Origin: an uncultured Bdellovibrionales bacterium
Lineage (GTDB): Bacteria; Bdellovibrionota; Bdellovibrionia; Bdellovibrionales; JAEYZS01
NCBI GenBank assembly: GCA_964469265.1
Contig: CAYXYF010000003.1
Coordinates: 23,010 to 87,009 of the forward strand
Length of the DNA: 64,000 bases
Direction of reading: 5' to 3'
The notes under the pieces were generated by a model. That model was given only the letters and a program-made list of their open reading frames with translations. It was not told the origin of the DNA and did no database searches. Below are positions 10,063 through 18,855 of the stretch, one piece after another; within the stretch, counting starts at the first letter, position 1, and every line of letters begins with the position of its first letter. A program made the position numbers and the translations under genes.

Positions 10063-10689
10063 TTATAAAGCTTTTAGCTTTTTATAGTAATTGTAAAAAT
10101 ACAAAAATACCGCCGCTTGTAGGACTAACTCTACAATATAGAGCAATGCCCACTCGAGCGGAGCTACAAATAAACTATAATTTATAGCCCCAATTTGTAT
10201 CCCAAACATAAAGATTTGAGTCAAGCACAGCACCCCGAAAAACCTGAGGAAACGCCCTCTAAGCAAGGTTTTAGCTTCTTCTAAAACCTCGATTTCACCT
10301 TTTTGGTATTTTTCATCAAATTGGACAATAAACGGAATCAAATAATACTGAGTGGCTCGGATGATTCCAGGCACGATCAACAAAAAGCCTACTGCGACTC
10401 TTCCCATAGCTCGAAAGGTTTCTATAACCAAATCGCGTAGGTATTTTTTTAAGTAAGGATTAAACTCAATTGGGTTTCCTTTTAGAACATGAAGGGTACG
10501 GCCTAGCGCTAAAAAGACCAGAACGGTTTCAATTAAAGATAGCGAAATTCCTAAAACACCTAAGGTAAGCCTATTAGGGGTGCTTTTTACCTCCATATAG
10601 ATGAATTGTTCAACCAAGGCGAAGGGGAGCGTCACTGCTATTAGGCTCAAAAGAGCGGCCTTTATAAATGTAAAATACTGTACTTTCAT
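10063..10689 (-). CDS. hypothetical polytopic membrane protein
   Basis: 208 aa with several hydrophobic helices. No family recognised. Confidence 0.55.
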   Translation of the reverse strand: MKVQYFTFIKAALLSLIAVTLPFALVEQFIYMEVKSTPNRLTLGVLGISLSLIETVLVFLALGRTLHVLKGNPIEFNPYLKKYLRDLVIETFRAMGRVAVGFLLIVPGIIRATQYYLIPFIVQFDEKYQKGEIEVLEEAKTLLRGRFLRFFGVLCLTQIFMFGIQIGAINYSLFVAPLEWALLYIVELVLQAAVFLYFYNYYKKLKAL

Positions 10690-10928
10690 AGATTTAACCC
10701 CTAATTTACGCCTCTCATCCTCCCAAAAACCCCCTGTCTATACAAATTAAAACTGAGCAAAGCATCGGTAAAAAATACCTCAGAGGTCATTTCAAGCAGA
10801 TGTAATTAGGTAAATCCGCCCGATCGAATTTGAATATTTCGCAACACATTATTAATTTTTGCCAAGTTTTAAACGGGTAACAAACAAGTTCTGAATCCAG
10901 AACACTAAAAAATAGGGAGGCCATTCAA

Positions 10929-11903
10929 ATGGTTAATACAAAAGGATTAGCATTAGTTGCTGCTTTAGCTCTTGCTGTAAACGCAAACGCCGCTGAAGTT
11001 TCAACTGACGCAACAAAAGATATTGCTAGATCAATAAAGGCAACTGCGGGAGCATCATCGCAAGGTACTACTGATGTATCTCGTGCAACTGGCAACACTG
11101 CAAGAAACGCTGGGGCAACCATTTCTAATGGCGCAACTGCAGTTTGGAATGCAATGCTAAGAGTTAGCGATAAAGCAGCTCAAGCTTCTACTAATGCTGG
11201 AAATGCAGTAGTCGACACTGTAAAACAAGGTGCTGCTTCTTCTTCTGAAGCTACAGGTAATGCTGCTAAAGCAACTAAAGGTGCTATTCAAAAAGCTGGT
11301 GTTTCTGTTTCTGAAAATGCAACTACAGTAGGAAATGCTACAAAAGATGCTGCTTCTTACGTTGGTCAAAAAACAAAGAACGCTGGTGTTTCTTCTTCTG
11401 AAGCTACAGGTAACGCTGCTAAAGCAACTAAAGGTGCTATTCAAAAAGCTGGTGTTTCTGTTTCTGAAAATGCAACTACAGTAGGAAATGCTACAAAAGA
11501 TGCTGCTTCTTACGTTGGTCAAAAAACAAAGAACGCTGGTGCTTCTTCTTCTGAAGCTGGTGAGTATATCTCAGTTGCATCTAAAAACGTTGCATTAGCT
11601 CTTTATAACGTTGCACAAGCTAGTGTTGACGGTGCTTCAGTATCTGCAGGACAGGTTTCAGCAGCAACTGGTGCTTCTTCTGACACTGTTTCTGCATCTG
11701 TTACTAGCCAAAGAACACTTTTCGCAAAATATGAAAGAGTTCAACAAGCGGCAGCTTTCGGTGACGAATACGAAATTGAAAGAGAAGTTGAGTCATTCCT
11801 CTACACAGCTAGAGCTTTCACTCAAGATGCTTCTTTTGACCTAAACGCGGCTATCGATGCAGTTCAAGACTTCCAAGCAATGGCTGCATACGCAGGTCTG
11901 TAA
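10929..11903 (+). CDS. secreted Ala/Thr/Ser/Lys-rich repeat protein with 11-residue periodicity
   Basis: RBS GGGAGG. Signal peptide MVNTKGLALVAALALAVNANA. Repeats such as ATGNAAKATKG / AIQKAGVSVSE / NATTVGNATKD / AASYVGQKTKN. Contains a duplicated 51-aa unit. Confidence 0.75.
   Translation: MVNTKGLALVAALALAVNANAAEVSTDATKDIARSIKATAGASSQGTTDVSRATGNTARNAGATISNGATAVWNAMLRVSDKAAQASTNAGNAVVDTVKQGAASSSEATGNAAKATKGAIQKAGVSVSENATTVGNATKDAASYVGQKTKNAGVSSSEATGNAAKATKGAIQKAGVSVSENATTVGNATKDAASYVGQKTKNAGASSSEAGEYISVASKNVALALYNVAQASVDGASVSAGQVSAATGASSDTVSASVTSQRTLFAKYERVQQAAAFGDEYEIEREVESFLYTARAFTQDASFDLNAAIDAVQDFQAMAAYAGL
11238..11559 (+). repeat. 153-bp tandem duplication (2.1 copies, near identical) inside the repeat-protein gene
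   Basis: TCTTCTTCTGAAGCT... recurs at 11238, 11391 and 11544, exactly 153 nt (51 codons) apart. I see one internal difference (ggtaat vs ggtaac) plus the junction codon (gct/gtt/gct). Confidence 0.9.
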
Positions 11904-11972
11904 TTCAAAAATTGCTTAGGCGCTAAAGCTACTTATCTTAAGTGAGTGTAGCTAAAGCCTAATCAAACTTAA

Positions 11973-12000
11973 GAAGGCTTTACTATGTAGGGCCTTTTTT
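11973..12000 (+). terminator. weak candidate terminator after the repeat-protein gene
   Basis: AAGGC-13 nt-GCCTT followed by T6. An alternative hairpin TAAAGCC...GGCTTTA overlaps it. Confidence 0.35.
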
Positions 12001-12099
12001 ATGGTGAATACACTCTGTAAAAATTGCCAATGACGCAGTAATTCATGGGAATTTCCCAGCTGATGAAATATAAATTATCCAACTTTAGTGGGGTAATTT

Positions 12100-14394
12100 A
12101 TGAAGATCTTTTCTGTTCTTTTCATACTTTTTTCATTTAACTTAGCATCCGCAAACTTATTAGTTCTTGATCCTAGCGGGCTACATCCTCAAGCAGTCGA
12201 ACGTATAAACCGATTTATTCAAGATACCGAAAAGATCATTCCAGATTCAATTAAACAGCGGCTTTCAGAATCCCCAATCAAAGTACGATTTGAAATAATT
12301 GATAAAGACAATAAAGTTGTTCTACCTAACTGTTCCAATGTTGTTGATTCCATGGTCGAAGGAAAAGGTGCAATCAGTCAGTACAAAGCAGTTCAAAAAA
12401 GAAAAACCAGTATTCGCTATAACCAACAACTTCACTCATACACTTCAAAAAATGAAATCGTCGTAAATTATGCATTAGTAGACCCGATCCTTCGTGGAAA
12501 GAGTGTTGCTCAGACCTATGACTGTGATCATAAGAATGTATATACTTTGGCTCAAGCATCGGTAATCAACGGCGTTGCACATTTTTTTAATAATTCATTT
12601 GAATCCAGACGTCGAGACCGTCAAACGCTCAAGCTATCCGAAAATCCACAGTATCGGTTTATTGCTGGTTGGAATAATAAAAAGTTAATGTATGCATTTT
12701 GGCCACGAGCTGTTCAGCCCTACGAGTATGCAGGGGATACTGGTGATCATTTTGCCTATAACTTAGAGTTCTTTCTTTTAGACCCAGAGTACGCTTGTAG
12801 AAGACCGCTTCTGCATAATTATATCTCTGGGACTTTAAAAGCTGATCCGCTTGCAAATGTTAGAAACTGTAAAGTGAATACTGAATTATTAATCCCTAAG
12901 TCCCACGCTGACACTGATACGGATCCTGAAACAGGAATTGCTGTACCTGTGACAAGAACACATCTTATTAGCTATGATTTAAACCCAGACCATGTTTATA
13001 ACGTGTACTATATGAGAGCATCTATGGGTGGTGGAATAGGTGGCTTCGGTCACTCTATGTTTAGGATTGTTGTCTGTCCGCCGAATATGAGTGTTTCTGC
13101 GAGTTGCGACAAACTTATTGACCATGACCTTGTCATCAACCCAAGAGCAAACGTGAATCAAATGATGCTAGACGGAGCAAGGGGCTTCTTTGGTGGATAT
13201 CCGTCGCAGTTCTTAGCGAGCTCTCTTTACGATCTCATGGATGAATATGGCGATAACGAACTACGCCACCTATTCAATATGCCTTTAGGATATACCGATG
13301 AACAGGGCCGCTTCGTCGATGTGATGCCAGAAGATCAGAAGCGTCGCTTTATCTATGCTTCCCTTGAAAGTTACTGGGCTTATTATGGGAACTATAAGTT
13401 CGTGTCCAACAACTGCGCTGACGAGGCTATGAGGCTTTATCAAATGTCCTCAACGGATCCTGAAGTCCTTGCGCTGGGAGTTTTAAAACCAAGCGATATT
13501 AATAAAAGACTTAGCCGGCTGGGATACATTGATGAGTCTGAAGTAAGACAATACGAAAAAACACCTGGATTAATTGGAAAGATTTTCGGCGTAGGTAAGA
13601 TTCGGAACCAAAAGCAATATGATGAAAGACGTGCTGCCATTGAAGCTGGCAGATACGAGAGCGCATTAATTTCCAGAGTTTTTCTCATTGAAGATGCGGT
13701 TCGTGAAATTATGGCAATGGAAGGTAGCCCGAACCCTGACTTCAAAGTTGCCAAGAAAGAAATCAAAAGATGGTTAGACCTTGCAACTCCTGATTTTAAA
13801 TGGGAAGGCGAGGAAGTACCAGAGGATCTTAACCAGATCACACCAGAGCAAAGAACTGAAGTCCTTGAAGGGACCTTCTCAGAAATTAGAGCACGATATG
13901 ATCGTCTAATGGCTCAAGCTAAAACCCCTCCAGAGCAGAGAAAAGTCGTACTTCACTTCTACCGAGTAATGTTCCACGTATACAATAAGCGTGCAGCTGA
14001 AGTTGGAACTAAAGCAGTTCAATTGGCTTATGCGATTGCTTATCCCAATAAAGATCGCAAGGTTAAAGAAATGCCAAAAGATATCAACGTGAGCAAAGAG
14101 CAGTGGCAAAAAATCAGAAATGCAACCGACAAATATTCTGAGATTCATAATAAGTTAATGCCGTTTGCCGAATCCTCAGTAAAGCGAGGCTATGGGATTC
14201 CCCTTAAAAGCGACGTTCTACGAGGTGACGAATATATTGCGCTTAAGAACGCTCAAAATGATGCTGTCCAAACAGTGGTTGAATCACTCACAGGGTTATT
14301 GGGGCCAGAGCATATTCTTTTAGCTGCGATTGGGGAATTTCACGACGAACTCTTCCAGTTAAGAGGTGACTTCGCAGGGCAAGCTGCTAAGTAA
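12100..14394 (+). CDS. secreted 764-aa protein, possible DUF4105 (Lnb N-terminal-like) domain
   Basis: Signal peptide MKIFSVLFILFSFNLASA. GGFGHSMFRIVV and YKFVSNNCADEA resemble, from memory, the GH(T/S)xxR and NC motifs of DUF4105. The C-terminal ~300 aa is helical and charged. Confidence 0.6.
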   Translation: MKIFSVLFILFSFNLASANLLVLDPSGLHPQAVERINRFIQDTEKIIPDSIKQRLSESPIKVRFEIIDKDNKVVLPNCSNVVDSMVEGKGAISQYKAVQKRKTSIRYNQQLHSYTSKNEIVVNYALVDPILRGKSVAQTYDCDHKNVYTLAQASVINGVAHFFNNSFESRRRDRQTLKLSENPQYRFIAGWNNKKLMYAFWPRAVQPYEYAGDTGDHFAYNLEFFLLDPEYACRRPLLHNYISGTLKADPLANVRNCKVNTELLIPKSHADTDTDPETGIAVPVTRTHLISYDLNPDHVYNVYYMRASMGGGIGGFGHSMFRIVVCPPNMSVSASCDKLIDHDLVINPRANVNQMMLDGARGFFGGYPSQFLASSLYDLMDEYGDNELRHLFNMPLGYTDEQGRFVDVMPEDQKRRFIYASLESYWAYYGNYKFVSNNCADEAMRLYQMSSTDPEVLALGVLKPSDINKRLSRLGYIDESEVRQYEKTPGLIGKIFGVGKIRNQKQYDERRAAIEAGRYESALISRVFLIEDAVREIMAMEGSPNPDFKVAKKEIKRWLDLATPDFKWEGEEVPEDLNQITPEQRTEVLEGTFSEIRARYDRLMAQAKTPPEQRKVVLHFYRVMFHVYNKRAAEVGTKAVQLAYAIAYPNKDRKVKEMPKDINVSKEQWQKIRNATDKYSEIHNKLMPFAESSVKRGYGIPLKSDVLRGDEYIALKNAQNDAVQTVVESLTGLLGPEHILLAAIGEFHDELFQLRGDFAGQAAK

Positions 14395-14426
14395 ACTGGC
14401 ACCATTGAACTGCAACACCTTGTCAT

Positions 14427-14462
14427 AAGTCACCCTTTCAAAAGAATTGGGTGACTTTTTTT
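14427..14462 (+). terminator. Rho-independent terminator
   Basis: AAGTCACCC-13 nt-GGGTGACTT followed by a T-run. Confidence 0.75.
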
Positions 14463-14533
14463 ATCTAAATCATTAATTTTAAAAATTCGTTTTCCTACCA
14501 ATTATCTAGTATTTGCTAGGTAATTCACTCAAT

Positions 14534-14625
14534 GCCCCGGTGGCGAAATTGGTAGACGCACAGGACTTAAAATCCTGGGCTTCGGTTAAACGGGCGTGTC
14601 AGTTCGACTCTGACCCGGGGCACCA
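14534..14625 (+). tRNA. tRNA-Leu (anticodon TAA), type II with long variable arm, CCA encoded
   Basis: Acceptor GCCCCGG / CCGGGGC-A-CCA. Anticodon stem CAGGA/TCCTG with loop CTTAAAA. T arm GTCAG-TTCGACT-CTGAC. Confidence 0.93.
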
Positions 14626-14627
14626 CC

Positions 14628-14666
14628 TAAAAGGTACGCCGTACCTTTTTGTCTAGCTTCGTGTCA
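14628..14666 (+). repeat. copy A of a conserved terminator-like repeat (24-nt core 14632-14655)
   Basis: Core AGGTACGCCGTACCTTTTTGTCTA is identical in four loci. Hairpin (AAA)AGGTAC-GCC-GTACCT(TTT). Conserved 3' flank GTCTAGcttCGtGTcA. Starts 3 nt after the tRNA-Leu CCA. Confidence 0.9.
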
Positions 14667-14855
14667 TCATTTGAAAATCTGGTGTCTCAATGTCCCCAAA
14701 AAAGTTGGTATCGCAGTTGCAATATACTGTAGATGAAACCCAAAGAGTGGCGAAATGGCGCACTTTGGAAAGATTTTGAGTTTTAGGGAAGAGTTGACCT
14801 GAGGATTTAAAGTCTTCTAACTAAGAACCAACAAAAACAACTAAGGGGGGGAATA

Positions 14856-15581
14856 ATGAAAACTTTTAAAGCCTTGTTGGCAGTGCTAGCACTCTCAACA
14901 ATGATCGCATGTGGTGGTGGAGGTGGTAGCACTTCTACTGGTGGATACTATATGTCTCACTCAGAGGTTGCTAAAGAATTTGTCAGAAGGGTTAACATTG
15001 ATCTTGGCTGGGATGTTTCCCTCGTTAAGACGAACACTCTTCAATATGACTATATCGTTGTCTATGACTATGATTACGGAACTTATGATGCCTATTATAT
15101 CGGGAATTATAATGCCGGAGAAAACCTTTCTAGCTACGTGAACTTCTACAATTACAAATTCTATTACGACCTTGTCCCAGAGAGTGGAAATACATACTAC
15201 GACTGGTACACAGGCATTCGCTTTCAAAAAGCAGCAGCTTCAAGCAAGAACTTAAGTGTTGTTAAAGCTTTCAAGCAAGACCTTGCCATCGTAAAAGCAG
15301 CTGAAAAAGTTCATGCAAAATACGGCTTAAGCGAAGAAAAATCTCTTGAAGTCGCAAGATTTGCTTACAACGTTCAAAGCAAGCCTGAAGGTACTTACAA
15401 AATGGCTGACTTTGATAACTTCACAAAAAGACTCACAGGTTCAACAATCACTGAATTCCAATCTGACCTTAAGAGCGGCAACATCTTATCTCTAAATGAC
15501 AGAATTCAAAAGGCTGCTCAAGAGACTGGAATGGGCCCTGAAAACATGAATAAGCTTATTAAAGATGTCTTCATGAACTAA
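14856..15581 (+). CDS. Tyr-rich lipoprotein, unknown function (241 aa)
   Basis: Strong RBS (AAGGGGGGG). Lipobox LSTMIAC followed by GGGGGS. Tyr/Asp-rich segment YDYIVVYDYDYGTYDAYYIGNY. Confidence 0.7.
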   Translation: MKTFKALLAVLALSTMIACGGGGGSTSTGGYYMSHSEVAKEFVRRVNIDLGWDVSLVKTNTLQYDYIVVYDYDYGTYDAYYIGNYNAGENLSSYVNFYNYKFYYDLVPESGNTYYDWYTGIRFQKAAASSKNLSVVKAFKQDLAIVKAAEKVHAKYGLSEEKSLEVARFAYNVQSKPEGTYKMADFDNFTKRLTGSTITEFQSDLKSGNILSLNDRIQKAAQETGMGPENMNKLIKDVFMN

Positions 15582-15608
15582 TACAATTTAACGAATGTAT
15601 TAGAGAGA

Positions 15609-15637
15609 AAAAGGGAGGTCGACAGCCTCCCTTTTTT
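15609..15637 (+). terminator. Rho-independent terminator
   Basis: AGGGAGG-tcgacag-CCTCCCT followed by T6. Confidence 0.8.
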
Positions 15638-15743
15638 ATATATTCTACGACCGTTTAAGACCTTAGGTTCAACAAAATTTACAACGTATTTTCTTTTGAG
15701 TTCTCATCCTATCAGAACATGCTAAACCCTTATTGGGGTAACC

Positions 15744-18700
15744 ATGCAAAAGTCTTTTTTAATTATTCTAAGCTTACTTATTTCAGCACTCGCATTTGCG
15801 AACTCGGTTAGCGATATCCCAGGGCTTATTCCCCTTAATAACCAAAGACCCGCTGCAAGTGATCTTGTTTATAACGGTAAGCACCTTTTGCCAGATGAAG
15901 CTCGTCAACTTCAGCAATCTGGTAAGATCCCAGATCTTTCGCTTCTTAATCCCGATGAAACCTCAATCCTGTGGAAAGATCAGTACCCGAAGGATATAAC
16001 TTCAAAAGATAAAACAATTGCGCTTGATACATCACGTCCAGTTGAATTTTTGGCTTATAGCCCAGACAGCATTGGCCGTATGGGCTTTACAATCTCTCAA
16101 ACAGACTCCACAGGTCAGTTAAGGGTTTTTAGAGTTCGCCTAGAATCACGCTCACACAATGTGTTACTCCGCAAAAACTTGCTTCGGAAAATTGGATATA
16201 ATGTAGAGCCAATTGTTTGGGCACCGACGCTTGCTTTAAATTTTGAAGATGACTTTACCCGTGATGAATTTGAAAGAGCCATAACTGATAGAACATTCCT
16301 AGATTCCCAACGTTGGGTTGTGAACAAAAACCCAAACCAAATTACAATCCAAGATGCAGTTATTTTTGCTGATGCCGATGACACTTTTTATAACCTCGCC
16401 CGCGGCGACATGACGGGTGAGGTGATCCAAAACCGACGGGTTTTAAACGCTCTACTTGTTCCATTCAATCTGCTAGATGTTTCTGAAAGTGTGAATACTT
16501 TTAGCTGGGTTCCAGGGAAAATATTTAACGAGCAACTTTCCTTGCCTTATGAGGATGCACAAGAGTTTTCGACATCCTATGAGGACGCAAGATGGATTAC
16601 ACGTCGGATCCTTAAGCTTACCCGCGAAGACTTCACTCTAATTGTTCGTGAAGCGCATTACCCAAAAGAGGTTGAAGAAATCTTAATTGAGAAAATTATA
16701 TCGAGAAGAAACTTCTTACGAAAGTTTTTGAATCTTGAAAGCATTGCCTCTGAAATAACCGTCAATACGAACGTTCCAAAACTTGAGAAGCAACACTGGG
16801 CTGGCTACGTTCAAAACTTTGCTTACGGAGACCCAGACTCTCCATTATCTGGCGATGAGATTTTTGCATTCTTTAGATCAAAAGCAACAACGAACCTTAT
16901 CACAAACCTCGTCACAGAATTCAATGCTCGCTTTATTCCACGCACCGACCTGGGATGGAAGCTTTTTGACCACCAACTGGACATCTCTGCAAAACAGTTT
17001 GCGGAGTTTATATCAACAGGAAAAGTTTCAAAGACTCCCTTCGGTTTTTGGTCATTTCCACGCTACGACGGCAATATCATTGCATCTCGCGAAATCGTAA
17101 CGGGTAGCTACCTTGGAACTGATAATTTAGTCCAATTGGCCGACGTTGTAGGATTTAGTGTTGAGGCAGGATGGTATATCGGGGCAGACGGTTTGCCATC
17201 TAAAGTAGGTTTTCAAGGTGGAACAAAAGGTTTTATCAATAGAACCTATGCTCACTTAAAACCAATTAAAAGTATTAAACTTGCTCTCAAAGAACCATTT
17301 AGAAATATTCTCGTACCAAAGTTTAAAGGAAATATCGGGACGCGACTCTCTGAAGTTTTCTCTAAAGATTATCAAGAAATGGAACCTGAGGAGCAGGCTT
17401 TAAAACTTCAAGAGATTGCATCGGACCTTAAACAAAGCTTAAACGTAGGGGAATCCATTATTATTTCGACAACTTTGGGCGCAGGCTTAAGCGCAAGTCC
17501 ATCTGTTGGCCTTACGAGCCGACTTGCTTTAGTTACTGCCTGGAGCGCTAGCCAAAATCTCTTATCAAGAATTCATATCTATCGCAGCGACGAAGACACG
17601 ATTCAAATCTACAAAGATCCTGCCCATATGAATGCAAGATCATTTTATATTGGTCTACAAGCTTATGTTCCATTCTTAACTTATACTCTTACGAACCGCG
17701 CAGGACGTGCAAAAACCAATTTCTATGCTTTAAATATCAATGAAGATCCTGAAGCCAACCCAGTACTTGAAGACAACATCAAAGCCCTTTCAAGAGCGCT
17801 TCTCTTTTCGAAGCTCGATAAACTCAACACTCTTCAAAACCCTTACATAATACAGCATAAATTCCGCGAGAAGTTGTCCCAAGGAAGTTTCTTTGTCTGG
17901 AGATCGACAAAGCAAAACACTTCAGACTTGATTTCAGTACAACATCCAACAGGATATCAAAAAGATTTTGTAAGATACACAACAGGGAAAAGAAAAGGCA
18001 GAAACTACGAAGCCCTTGCCATCGATGTTATCAATAGCCTTTTAAAAGAATACAGCGAAGAAGACATCATGCTGCAATCAAACAATAGTGGAGACCCTGC
18101 AGATTCCATTTACGGAAACTCTGTCTCTCAACATTTTGCTTTTGAATCAGAGATCACATCAGACAATAGCATTCAAGATCCATTTGTGAGCCTTTCTTAT
18201 AGATGGAGAAACTGGAGCATCTCACAAAAAAATATCTTGAATTTAATTACAGATATTAATGGTCGCTTTAAATATGAGTTTTTCCATCCATCCGAGTTCT
18301 TGTCCACGGACAAAATACAACTTAGCACCTTTGGTGTGAGCGCGAATATCTATGAGCGCGGAATTTTATTCCTCTTATCTTTCACTAAAGAGCAGATATC
18401 AGACATTCTAAAAGCCCACGGGTATGATCCCAATTACCGCCCAAAGCCTCCAAGAACAGGGACAAAAATCAGGGACGCTGCTGAAAGAGAAAAAATGCGG
18501 AATGCCCGCTTTCATAGATTGTGTATAAAAATGTTTGAGCAATTCAAAAACGCGTACCACGCAGGTGATGTTGAAGCCACGGTAAAATACATGTCAGAAT
18601 TTGTGACTTTTGCTGAAAAGCTTTTGCCAACCCATGATTTCTATAAGTTATTTGGCGGAGAAGATAATATTTTTGTTCGCTCTCATGTTTATGGCTTCAG

Positions 18701-18854
18701 GGCGGGTGATGAAAAAGAAGATAAGGGTCTTTCTTCGCACACGTTAGGTCGAATCGGAAGTGAGAAAGGCTCTGGTCCTCTTAAAGATATTCAAATGAAG
18801 ATTGGTGTTACTGAGAGCGAATTTTTTATTTATTGGTTGATGAACAGGATATAA
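15744..18854 (+). CDS. secreted 1036-aa protein, unknown function
   Basis: Signal peptide LSLLISALAFA. Uninterrupted long ORF. Its stop is 1 nt before the ATG of the subtilase gene. No family recognised. Confidence 0.7.
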   Translation: MQKSFLIILSLLISALAFANSVSDIPGLIPLNNQRPAASDLVYNGKHLLPDEARQLQQSGKIPDLSLLNPDETSILWKDQYPKDITSKDKTIALDTSRPVEFLAYSPDSIGRMGFTISQTDSTGQLRVFRVRLESRSHNVLLRKNLLRKIGYNVEPIVWAPTLALNFEDDFTRDEFERAITDRTFLDSQRWVVNKNPNQITIQDAVIFADADDTFYNLARGDMTGEVIQNRRVLNALLVPFNLLDVSESVNTFSWVPGKIFNEQLSLPYEDAQEFSTSYEDARWITRRILKLTREDFTLIVREAHYPKEVEEILIEKIISRRNFLRKFLNLESIASEITVNTNVPKLEKQHWAGYVQNFAYGDPDSPLSGDEIFAFFRSKATTNLITNLVTEFNARFIPRTDLGWKLFDHQLDISAKQFAEFISTGKVSKTPFGFWSFPRYDGNIIASREIVTGSYLGTDNLVQLADVVGFSVEAGWYIGADGLPSKVGFQGGTKGFINRTYAHLKPIKSIKLALKEPFRNILVPKFKGNIGTRLSEVFSKDYQEMEPEEQALKLQEIASDLKQSLNVGESIIISTTLGAGLSASPSVGLTSRLALVTAWSASQNLLSRIHIYRSDEDTIQIYKDPAHMNARSFYIGLQAYVPFLTYTLTNRAGRAKTNFYALNINEDPEANPVLEDNIKALSRALLFSKLDKLNTLQNPYIIQHKFREKLSQGSFFVWRSTKQNTSDLISVQHPTGYQKDFVRYTTGKRKGRNYEALAIDVINSLLKEYSEEDIMLQSNNSGDPADSIYGNSVSQHFAFESEITSDNSIQDPFVSLSYRWRNWSISQKNILNLITDINGRFKYEFFHPSEFLSTDKIQLSTFGVSANIYERGILFLLSFTKEQISDILKAHGYDPNYRPKPPRTGTKIRDAAEREKMRNARFHRLCIKMFEQFKNAYHAGDVEATVKYMSEFVTFAEKLLPTHDFYKLFGGEDNIFVRSHVYGFRAGDEKEDKGLSSHTLGRIGSEKGSGPLKDIQMKIGVTESEFFIYWLMNRI

Positions 18855-18855
18855 G

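Noticed and set aside
11157-11522. 121-aa antisense ORF inside the repeat-protein gene
   Set aside because: It is a shadow ORF created by the Ala/Ser/Thr codon repeats, and its own sequence simply mirrors the 153-bp duplication.
14745-14763. tRNA-like fragment GAGTGGCGAAATGGCGCAC resembling the D-arm region of the adjacent tRNA-Leu (GGTGGCGAAATTGGTAGACGCAC)
   Set aside because: The similarity is confined to about 19 nt of the 5' half. The downstream sequence does not continue as an anticodon or T arm. att-site duplications involve the tRNA 3' end, not the D arm. Chance or a decayed remnant is the likely explanation.
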